Source: Rhina ancylostomus (Eukaryota). Taken from it: a stretch of DNA of 64,000 nucleotides. Shown here in pieces: positions 43,401 to 55,500 of the stretch (the first letter of the stretch is position 1; each line of letters begins with the position of its first letter). A program made the translations under genes and the position numbers. The stretch spans positions 14,867,019-14,931,018 of the forward strand of contig JARFYF010000094.1 of the NCBI GenBank assembly GCA_030265395.1, given 5' to 3'. The notes below the pieces were generated by a model. That model was not told the DNA's origin. It ran no database searches and was given only the letters and a program-made list of their open reading frames with translations.

Positions 43401-46400
43401 ATTTTGATATAACATAGTAATTATTCTCCTTCATAAAACACAGGACAACCTAACTCATGTATTAAGTAGGAGATTGACATTTAATAAGGGATGATTTTTT
43501 GCAATGCAGCATAGACAAGTGATATGAAGAGCTGAGTTTAAATGATGTCATGGTACATAGCTGAACAGAAAATCAATCTGGAATGAAAAACTGGGGTTGT
43601 AACAGTAACTAGACAGAAAAACTCAAAGTAATCAGGCAAAGTCAATGCGGTTTCTGAAAGGGAAGTCATGTCTGCCCAAGTTATTGTAGTTCTTTGAAAA
43701 GTATCATGAGCTGATAATAAAAGATGACCAATAGATATACACTGCTTAGATTTTCTATGAAGGTAGTTTATAACATGCCTCATTAAAGGTTAATGTGGAA
43801 AATAAAAGCTCACAGTGTAGCAGATAACATACTTGTGTGGATAGAGGTGAGCTGGCTAATAGAAAACAGATAGTAGGCATACTTTTATTTTCTGGTTGGG
43901 AAGCTGTAACGAAGACCCCAACTTACAAATTTATATAAATTACTTCGATGGTCTGATTGGTAAATAGTGACACAGAGATGGGTAGGAAGTAAATTCTGAA
44001 GTGGACATAATGAGGCCACAAGGGGTTGCAGTTAAGTGAATGAGCAAAGATCTGGTAAATGGAGTACAATGCGGGAAAATGTGATTTCATTCATTTTGGC
44101 AGTAAAACGTGTATATCCAAAAAGGTAAGAGATGAAGAATACTCCGAGGTGCAAAGGGATTTCGACGTCCTAATGCATGATTTGGAAAAGTTTAACATGC
44201 ATGTACAACGGGTAATTAGGAAAGCCAACAGAAGTGTTTATTGCTCAGGGAATTTAATACAAATACTTCAGATATATAGGATACTGGTGAACTCATAATT
44301 GGAGTACTATGTATGGTATCGGTCTCCTTATTTAAGGTAGGATGTATGTGATTCAGAAGTAGATTAGAAACAGTTACTAGACGACACCTGGAATGGGCAA
44401 GGTGCCTTAAGTAGAAAGATTGGATGGCTTGTTTAAAGTCCAATGCTATTCAGGAGAGGACTCGATTGAAACATACAAGATCCTGAGAAGGTCTTGACAG
44501 GGTGAACATAGAAAGGACATTTCCTCTTGCGGGTAAATCTAGAACTAGGGATTATCCATCTAAGACAGACGAGATGAATTTTTTTTTCTCTCGGATGGTT
44601 GTGACTTTTTAGAAATCTCTTCCTCAAAGGGTAATGGAAGCAGAGTCTTTTCTTATCATGTATCTATCTACCTCTGCCCTAAAATTAGTCAAAGTAGTGA
44701 AAGCTTACTGTGGGTGGTCAGGAATGTGAAGTTAAGGTCTCAGACTGAAAGCCACAAAATGAATTGGTGGAGCAGACTCGAGAGGCCAAGTAGCCCACTC
44801 ACGTTCCTGATATGTTCACAAGGTTATACAGATTTTCCGGATTGTTGTAAAAATTTGGTTTATTTCCAAATGGGGCAGTTTCAGAACAAATCTAACAGCT
44901 AAAATTTGGACAAATGTGGAGACCTGCAGACTACTGGCAGAAGTAGAATGGTAATCCACCACAATTGCCATCCTTAATGTATGGCATGAAAAACACAGAG
45001 ATGCTGGAGGAACTCAGCAGGCCAGGCAGTAGCTGTGGAGAAAAGCAGGCGGTCAACGTTTCGGGTCAGAACCCTTCTTCAGGACTGAAATTAGGAAAAG
45101 GGTAAGCCCGATATATAGAAGAGAAAAGCAAAGCAGTGATAAGTGGACAAAAGGGGGGAGGCAGGGTGGGCAAAAGACAGTGATGGGTAGATGCAGGTGA
45201 GAGATAGTGATAGGCAGACCCCTCCCCCACTTTTCTCCACGGATGCTGCCTGGCCTGCTGATTTCCTCCAGCATCATAGTGTTTTTCATCTAGATTCAAG
45301 CATCTGCAGTCCTTTGTTTCTCTTGATATATGGCATATCCCTCAGTCTACCAATACCGCATCAAACCAATGAGGTGTGTAGTTGGTCATGACAGAACAAC
45401 ATTAGGTGCCACACTGGTGAAGCCACAGCAGAGAGCTACATGCGTGCTAAACAACAGAAGCAGACAAAGCTAAATGAGTCCAAAGCCAATGGATCAAATC
45501 AGAACTCGAAACTTGTCACATCTAATTGTGAACGTCTGTATGTAAAAGAAGAAAGGGAGTAGGGGAATACCTTTGGTGACAACAGAGCTCAATAAGTCAG
45601 TGCAGGAAATAAGGCTGAATCACTTGCAAGCATGTTCAGCCAGATGTACCTGCTGAACAATCCATCTCACTCTCCTCCTGAGGTCTGCAGGATCACAGAA
45701 GTCAGTCTCAGGACAAGCTATTTCACAAGGTATGAGAAATAGCTGAGGGCACTGGATAGAGCTGAGGCTATGAGACCTGTAGTATTGAAGGCATGCTCCA
45801 GAACTAACACCACCTCTAGTCAGTAATTCTGGTACAGACACAATGCTATCATTCTCTTGATGATATGAAAAATTTTCCAGGTACGCTTTACCATACAAAA
45901 AGGGACAAATACAATATGGATCATTTCCTCCTTATTAGTTTACCCTCAATCATCAGCAAAGTGACGAAAGGAGGCATTGTCTATGTTTTCTAATGGCATT
46001 TAGTTTCTAATAACCCACTCACCAATGCTCAGCTCAGGATCCACCAGGACCAGTGGAGTCCAGACCCCATTTCAGCCTTGGTTGGGCAAGGACCAGAGCT
46101 AAATTCCACAGGTGAGTAAAGGTGACTAAACTTGACATCAAAGCAGCATTTGATCCAGGATCCCCAATAAAACTGGAAATAAGGAGAAAAATTCTCCAGT
46201 GGTGAAAGTCGCATCTGACACAAAGGTCGCTGGTTGCTCGTCTTCAAGCCCAATCACCTCAGCCTCTGGAGATTGCTCCTGATATTTCTCACAGTAGCAT
46301 CTTTGGATCAGTCATTTTTAGCTGCTTCATCCAAGGCTTTCAATCCATCATAATGTCAGAAGTGAGGATGCCAGCTAATGGTTGCTTAGTATTGAGTTCC

Positions 46401-49400
46401 TTTTGCAGCTCCTCATTTCAAGGCTAAGGTTCAAGCAATAAGATTTGGATAATTCTCAGGCATGGGCTGATCAATGGCTCCAGAACTAGTATCATGTATA
46501 GTCAAGTACTTCTGCTAGAGTTACAAGGCTGTTGTCCTCTCAACGATATTTTTAAAAAATCCTAGATAGGCCTAAACACAGAAAAATGGACAATTCCAAT
46601 AAAAGGTCATTTCCAGCTTATTGGAAAGAAGACAATGATCAACATCAGTCATAGAGGTCTAGCTACATCCCCTGACCATCAATGCAACAACCCCTCACCA
46701 AAAAATCCTGGTAGGGAATCATAGGGATGAAAGTTTGGACTTAGGGGTGGGAGAGAGATTCACTGTTAACCAGAAACTGGACTAGCTACATAAATCCTGT
46801 AGTTACAAGGGCAGAACGTAGTTTATATCCAATGGTGAATGACCTGCACCTCAACTCTCCTAAACCCTTCCCCCATCTAGAAGGTGAAATTGGGTGTATG
46901 GCAAATGCAAATCTAAATACATTAAAGAAGCTCAACATCATCCAAAACAAAGCTGTCTATTTAATTAACATCCCATCCACCACTTAAATATTCTGGCAAC
47001 ACACTGTTCTGCATTGTGCACCGACTACAAATGGCATTGGAGCAACTTGCCAAGGCAACACTACCTCCCATACTCTCAACCTCTGCCACCTAGAACAACA
47101 GCAGTGTCACAGTCCACAAGTTTCCCTTCACATCAAAACTATTCTGGACACAGAACTACATTGTTCCTTCATTGTGGCTGACTCACAAACATGGATCTCT
47201 GACCTTGCAACATCACCACCACCACCAGATGGAATGCAGTCATCCAAGAAGATGGCTCACCACCACCTACTACTCAAGAGCAGTTATGGAATACTGGCCT
47301 TGGCAATGATGCCCACTAACTGAGAATGAGTAATTGTTTTTTCTTAAATAAATCTTGACAAATGTGCTTGATTATCTCTGGAGTGCCGAAACAGATTAGC
47401 AAACTACTCGGGTAAAGCAATCTGCCACTAATATTTTAATTATTCAACAAGAAGCCCCTGAATGAATTTCTCTGGGCAACTGAGGACAGTACTAAATGCG
47501 AGCCTTGTTGCCGATGTACACTTGAGGAATGGGGAAAAGAATAACTTCAAACAACATCAGCTTCAAATGCTTTGTAGCAGTTCATCGGCTAATAAACTCC
47601 AGAGCATCAGTAACACAACTCACTGTTTAAAATGTTATTCCTAAATTCTCATCTGTACAAAAGAGAAGTGATCGAACACATCAGCTCAACCACAGAGAGT
47701 CTCCTGAGAAAGCAGCTGCAAGGATAAAACCAACCTCCTCTATGTTAAAGAACAGCTGCCTTCTCTTTTGGGATTTTAATAGATGTGAACCAAACAAAAA
47801 AATACAAATGCAGCAGGCTCAAAAATGCATGTATGGCCTCAACAGGAAACGATAAAGGGCTAACATCAATTAATGTGATCNNNNNNNNNNNNNNNNNNNN
47901 NNNNNNNNNNNNNNNNNNNNNNNNNNNNNNNNCATCATCTAGATATGCATTATGGCATGAAGAACTAAACTCTGTTAGAATGTGTTCGCAGCCAACACAT
48001 AACTAGGTTATAGAAGGTATTAAATCCCAATCTTAATGACTTTGTTTTAAAGAAAATACACAGATCAAGTTTGCATTTACAAGGGCTCATTTTAGAATTA
48101 GTTGAGCATTAGCACATCTTTACCAACTGCCAAAATGCCTCCAGGAACCAAATCAATTTTTAAAGCCTGTTACACAAGCATAGCACTGATGTATTTTTGG
48201 CTTGTTGACAGCTGAATAGATCCCAAACACAGATGAAATTTTAAGTATTCCTGTTTGTCCTCTAGTTCTGATCAAATGGTTGGTTGGAGTGAGTGAAACA
48301 AGTTGACAGAGTTGCAGCAACGAACCAAAAGTGACTTGTAGTAAACCATAACTCAATGCCTTTAGTCTACACAGTAGCATGGATGTATCACCTTTGGAGG
48401 AGGAGGATAATGAGGTAAAGTGCACCAGAGGAGAGCAAGGTCATAGAATGACAACCATCAACATCCATTACTGTTCTAGGGACCACGTCTTCCACGTGAT
48501 CTGCCTGAGCCTCAATGAGGATCAAAGTAGTTGGAAGCAAAAGTCACAGCATTAAGATAACTGGCAGGAAATCCAGAGAGGGTTCGGGTGTGAGCAGAAA
48601 TTTTTTTTATGCAATAAGTTGTAATAATCAGGAATGCACAACTTGAAAGGATGGTGGGCAAAGATTCAACAGTAGCTTTTAAAATGAAATAGATATATAC
48701 CTACAAAAGGAAAAAAAAATGCAGAGCTATGGAAAAGGATTCGATGAATGGTATTAACTGGATAGATGCATGACTCTATAATTCCACATTGCAGACGTAC
48801 ATATCACACCTGTATTCCTGCAAATGATGTAACAGTGGAAAAGAGTATGCCATGTAGATACAAAGCACGTTCCATACCTGACCTTTCCTCCTGTAGAATA
48901 TTACTTGATACAATGATCCCAGCATAGTTCTTCTTTGAATTCCATCTTTGATTGTATCGTACAGAAGCTTCTCCCCAGGAATAATATGATACTTCACCTG
49001 TTAAAGAAAGAGCAATTTCACTTAAAGGACCTCAAATTATCATCAAAGAAAAATTTTAATCCAATAGGTTTATGGTTACTTTCAGCACAGCCAGTTATCC
49101 TCTCCTAATATACGCTAGAGAATAATGGCACAACCACTCCTACAAGGCAGAGTTTCAGCTAATGCAGCAACATTAGCACATTATTTTCCAGAGACAGAAG
49201 ACACTGCAGATGCTGGAATCTGGAGCAGCAAACAATGTGCTGGAAGAACTCAGGAGGTCGAGCAGCATCTGTAGGAGGAAAGAAATTGTCAACATTTCGG
49301 GTCGAAACCCGGCATCAGGGCTGGGTGTGGAGAGGTGAGATGGACAGCTTAGATAGGAGAAGGGGAGAGGCAAGAAAGGATATCCAAGGATATCCGAGAT

Positions 49401-49534
49401 GATTTGGTGGACTGGTGGGGTTGCAAAATGACAGGCACGAAGTGCCAGTAGGGGGTGGAGATAGAAGACTGCTGGAAGGAGTTGTCTCCCATCTTCACAC
49501 TCTCCTCCCCTCACTTTGCTCCACCTGTTTTTCC

Positions 49535-49571
<37 letters not shown>

Positions 49572-52500
49572 CCATATAACATTCACCTGCCACAGTCTTC
49601 CAACTCCACCCCCACTCACATCCCCTACCTCGCACTTCCTGCCTGTCATTTTGCACCCTCCAATGCTTCCCCCCACTNNNNNNNNNNTCCACCAATCACC
49701 TCAGAATCCTTTCTTGCCACTCCCCTTCTCCTCTCCAAGCTGTCCATCTCGCCTCTCCACTCAGCCCTGATGCAGGGTTTCAACCCAAAACATCAACGAT
49801 TTCCTCCCACAGACGCTGCTCGACCCACTGATTTCCTCCAGCAGATTGTTTGCTGCAGCACATGGTTTTATCACTGCTTGTCATGTAATCCCATTTCAAA
49901 TGCTTATCAAACTGGAACGGTGAAGAACATTCACCATCCATACTCTGGCCAGAATCACAAAGGTAAGCTCCTGGAGTGTCCAGAATTCCAATCTGGGTCT
50001 CTGTTGCTCTGCCTCCTTCAGTTTTCCCATCCAGAATCGGGGATACCTTCTCACCACCCTTTTGTGGTCCAGTGGTAAACTAGAAAGTAGGATATTATTG
50101 GTCCGGAGTTGGTGCGATGCCCTGGTCCATTTGCCTCAGGCCTTAATGGTCAATGACTAGAGACAAAGAGGTTTGGCTTTAAAATGAACCAGGCCTCATA
50201 ATTAGACTACAGAGAGTCAAACAGAGCATTCTGTAGCCAAACAGTTTGAAGTCCACCTGGAGGGAAAAAAGTCATGATGGGAATCAAGAAAACAGGAAAC
50301 ATACCAGCTGTTCAATATTTTCAGCTCTGTAGTACTCTTCGAGTACTGCATCTTCCGGTATTAATATAGTATACTGTTTGGAGGATTCTAGCTCATCAAT
50401 TAGACGGTATTGCTAAAAAAAAACACACAAAAAAAATCAGTGATTAATACCTGTTGTTCCATTAAAATTCAGGTTAAATATGATCAATTCTGCAGCACAA
50501 AGCAAGTTTACTCCACTGTAAAACTTTATCAAAAGTAGGTCCTTTGCCAACCTGAGATTTGGTTCCCGATCTGTGCAGCTGGCTGGATTGTTTGGGGAGG
50601 TGGCGCTTGGGGATTTGCAATTCATGTCAGGCTTCAGAAAAAAGTTCAAGGGTCAATGAATAAACTGGGCCTTGGACATCAGATCACAAGAGGTCTGCAC
50701 TAACGCCTTACATCACTGGGTGGGGAGACAGTACTCACTGTCAAGTTACTTCAGGTTTACACACCTTAAATGGTGTTTCCTCAGCAACACAGCTTGTTAC
50801 AATGCCAGGGGAGAGTCTCTCATTAGAAGTCATTAGAGGGTTACGAGCAGATACGAGTCACACACCACACCCTCTCTGCCCAGAGCAAGGTGCAGTAATC
50901 CAGCATAGGAAGCTGTAACTTCCAATCACAGTGTCTTTGGCCTGTCAGTGGGCACTGGCTACTGGATGCAGTCCCCATTTGCACCACACCCAAGGATTCT
51001 TTTAAGAGAACACAAGAAAATAGTAGGAGTAGGCCACTTGGCCCCTTAAGGCTGTCCTGTAATTCAGTATGATCCTGACAGACATGCCCCAGGACCCAAT
51101 TCCTCCTGTGCCAGCTGCCCATTGCTCTCAATTTCCTGATCTTTTAAACTTTTATCTACTTTCTCTTTAAATGTCCCCAGNNNNNNNNNNCTTCCACCAC
51201 CCTCTGGAGTAGGGAATTCAGCACCTCACCAAGAAGAAATGCTAACACACCTCAGTTTTAAATGACCACTCCTTTACTTTGTGACTATGTCTCCTCTCCC
51301 ACTACTAGAAACATCTCAGCATCTACTCTGTCAGGCCTCCTGAAGATCTGGTACATTTCAATAAGATCACCCTGATTCTTCTAAACTCCAAAGAATCCAG
51401 ATTTAACTTTATTAACTGTTCAAAATGGGACAAGCCTCTCATCCCAGGAATTAGCCTAGTGAATCTCTATAGGATACCATCAATGCTAGTAAAGCCCTTC
51501 TCAAAGAGGTAGGACATACTTAAATAATATTTCAGGAAAATTGCTCCAAAGTGATCGATTTTTCATCTCATTTCAGTCACATGGCATATTACAAAAATGT
51601 GCCATGCAACAGGGAAGTGTCGTGACTAGAGTCATATCTGTCTATGCACAACTTGCACAAGGTCATCCCAGGCTGTTCCAATGTGACAGGAGATTTCATT
51701 GATTGTTCTGCAGTTCTTGAATGAATCCCAACACCATGTGGGGTAAATAGTCATGGAACCACAGAGTTCTACGGCACAGAAACAAGCCCTTTGACCCACT
51801 ACATCCAAGCCAATCATTGCATCCATCTCCACTAATCCCATTCACCTGCATTACACCAATAGCCTTCTATGCTTTGGCAATTCATGTGCTTGCTCAGATG
51901 CTTCTTAAGTGTTATGAGAGTATCTGCCTCTACCACCTCTTCAGGCAGAGTATTCCAGATTCCCCCAGAACAATCTACGCAAAAGATGTATTTCACTGTG
52001 TGTTTTGATATACATGTGACTAATAAAGACATCTTATCTTATTCCAAACACTTTGTGTGAAAGCTTCCCCTCAGATCCCCTCTAAACCTCCTCCCTGCCA
52101 CCTTAAACCTACGTTCTCTCATCTTAGACATCCCAACCATCGAGAAAAGATTCTTGTTATCTGCCCTCCTCATATTACACAATGTCTGACTCAAAATTCA
52201 AGCAAGAGGCCATGCTCCAAAGACCCCAGGTAAAACTGGTACCAGCACCCCACATAGCACCATTTTGGTGCAAGATTTTAAATCATGATCAATCTCGAAG
52301 GAAGAATGGAATATCTGTTTTCACGTAACAACCTTAGGACATTTTTAAAAATTCTAAATTTTCATTTATATTTCTCAATAACCACGTGTTTAAAGCGGTC
52401 AGACAGCACACCTCCAATATTTTGCCTATGTTTTCAACTTACCTGTAATAACTGCTTGAAATGAGAGTACTGAGGCAACTGTTCTAGAAGTTCCAGCAAA

Positions 52501-55500
52501 CTAGGAGGAAGCACCGGCAAATCTTCCAAAGGAGGAATCAAGATCTACATGTAAAAAGTTGTAATAAATTAGACAGAGCAGCTTTAAGCAACTCACCCAT
52601 CTTTTGGGAAGCTTGTGATATTTATATAGAAAAATGTAATACTGTGCATCATGAGAAACAACAATGGCATTACACAGAGCCACAATGATTGAATTTTATT
52701 CCAAAATTGGGTGTTAAGTAGTTAACATTCAAAGTCTCTAACAGGAGCCTAGCTTGCTTCAAAACCACCCATTTCTGGTTTTATATGGATGTAGATCAAG
52801 GAGGGTGGTGACCAATCAGTTTGCTGGAAGCAGGCTGGCAGCATGCCTTCACATTCACAATCATTCCATTTTTAACTCTTATTCATTTCCTGGGCCTTGG
52901 AAAACCTGACAAGTGAAAGGACGAGAGAAAGGCTGAAGCTATAAGTGGATTTAACTCACTGCTTGTGAGCCAAAGAGACCAGAAATGTTTTCTCCAGGCC
53001 ATAACTTATGAGGAAACTTCCCTTTTCTCCTCTGCAATCTGTGCTTGCTGTGGCCCAAACCACACCACCACCACCACCGCCCCCCCACCCCAATCACCTT
53101 CTACCCCACCTCAAGTCAATCTACTTCTACAACTGACAGCTTCTCCTCCACCTACCAGACCAGGTCTTGACATAACTCAGATGCAACTTTATACTGTAGG
53201 AGTTCTTATTCCACAGCCTGCTAGCCTGTCAATCAGGCCAACTGTGGGAAAGAAACCTATAAAGAAGCAGGAGGACCCTGGAAATCTATGCTTCCTAATC
53301 TCAAGTCAACACTCACTCACCCCCTCACTTCCTACTCCCCCCCACAGAAACAAATTAAAATCTTGACTACCACACCACACAGAATAAACACAGCCAGTCC
53401 AGTCAGCTCATTCTGATGTTTGCAAGCCTCATCCAACTTATCCCACCATTTTATTTTTCCATTCCTTTCGCCCTCATCCACACATTGCTTCCCCTGAAAT
53501 GCTTCTGTACTATTTGCATCAGCTACACCACTTAATGAGGGGAGTATGAATGATAGACTGAATTTTAATAGTTCCATTCCTTTGATGAAACACTGTTGGC
53601 ACTTTTCAAGGTAATGGATTTTCAAAGATAGTTCTTTTATCACTGGAAGTTGGAGGTTACTGGGATAAATGTCTCTCTCCGAATACCAAATAGACCTTTT
53701 GTGATATGCTTGATTCAAGGAATACAGGCAAGTCCAAAGTCTCAAATATTATTAACAAATTTAATCAAAAAGGTTGCTATTAAAACTTGATTGGTTCACT
53801 GGGTGATACAAGTTTCACTTTTCCCTTAAGGATATTGTTAGTCAGGACAGAAGGAGCTTCACACTGCAGCAGCCAGAATGTACTTGGTGTGAGTTAGCAC
53901 TGAACAATGAATGTAGAAAAATATCTTGCCCTCTACTTCCAATTTCCCTCTCCCTTGAGGAAAATACATTTTAAATTTGAATCATGTGAAGTGAGAGAAA
54001 TGTGCAGTCAAGGCACCTACCATATATACACATGGAAGCGGAAAATATAAACCTTCCACTTCTCATTGACAGGTGATATCTGAAGGGCAAAATGTGTCAG
54101 TTCCGAGAAACCACTGGCCCAGTATTGTCTAATGCAGTTCCATTAAGCTGGTTTCAATTAGTCATGCACTTTTTATGACAAGTTGAATCTGTCCAAAAGG
54201 AATAATTATATATTTGGTTGCAAAAGAATGTTGACAGTATATGGGGGTGGGGTATGCCACATCTCCCTGCAGTGAAACCCAAAATCTCACAGCTGCCTTC
54301 CAATCTCGAATCATACCCTTTTGAAAAGTGTCTTGAAACTTTCTTTTAAACACAATTCTCTAAAAGGCAGACTTCCATCACTGCAAATTTTTTGCAACTT
54401 TCTGCCTAAGCACTTCCAAGCTATCCTTGGCAGATGACTTAAGAAACCATACTTTGAGATTAATATGCAAAATTCTATATTAAGTCATCCAAAAGTAATA
54501 AAACTTCATGGGTAAAGAGTGTACCTTATCAATAACATGGATGTAGCCATTCACTGCTGGGACATCAGGCGTTACAATTCTTGCCCCACCAATGATTAGA
54601 CTCTAAAAAAGACAATTCAATGTTTCAACTCTTTTTATAATTCAGAAATGATAAATTAGATCAAAGTTAGCAAATCCACTATTTCCCTTCCAACACAAAA
54701 AGAAAATGAAAATATAAAATCCATAACACCAACTGTGGAGTTGTTTTAAAGTTTTTCATTTTAACTGGATTCAATATCTTAAGAGCTGACATCTTATCCA
54801 TTTCCATCACAGGGCTGGTTTATTTCAGATGTTGCATGCACTCAGCTTCATTTTGCCAACACAAGTGGCTTTGCATGGTTTGGTGTGCCAAGTTCATTAT
54901 GCTATGCATAATCTACTCATGTGGACCAGAAAATGAGAGCAAGTTGCATGCCTGGGCAGTGTAGCTGGTGAGCCAGAAGCTCTTAAAGGGGAGCAACACT
55001 GGAGATAACTTCTTTTGGAACTATTTCTGTATTTTGTTGACTGGACAAATGTACACCATGCAGAATTAGGAAGGTTAAAATGAGCCCATTTTATTTAATT
55101 TGTATTGGACAAGTTCATACGGGATGGGGCAGAATGAGATAAAAACAGTGGAACATACTGAAGAGGGTGTGGGTTCAGATAAAGAGAGCATAACGAAATA
55201 GTCTGCTTGCCCTCTTAACCTAGTGGGCATGCTGGAGAATTTCCTGAGGAATAACATGCTTTATGCTCTTAATTCATGCCAGCTGAGAGGCCCCAAGGAA
55301 ATCCCCCTAATTCTCCCAAACTCAGGGTTGATTTATGCTGCTCAGGAGCAATTTTAATTGTCATCCCAACAAAGACTCAAATAAAACTGTTGTAGACTAC
55401 AAAAGCTGTTCTAGACTGTGTGCCACTAAATAATTCTTGCAGCCTTTGGAGGTCTACCTCATCATTCAAACCTCCACACAATTCAAAGTGGGATCTTCCT

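Noticed and set aside
51579-51606. Small hairpin CATGGCATATT-ACAAA-AATGTGCCATG
   Set aside because: Too short for a pre-miRNA and expected by chance
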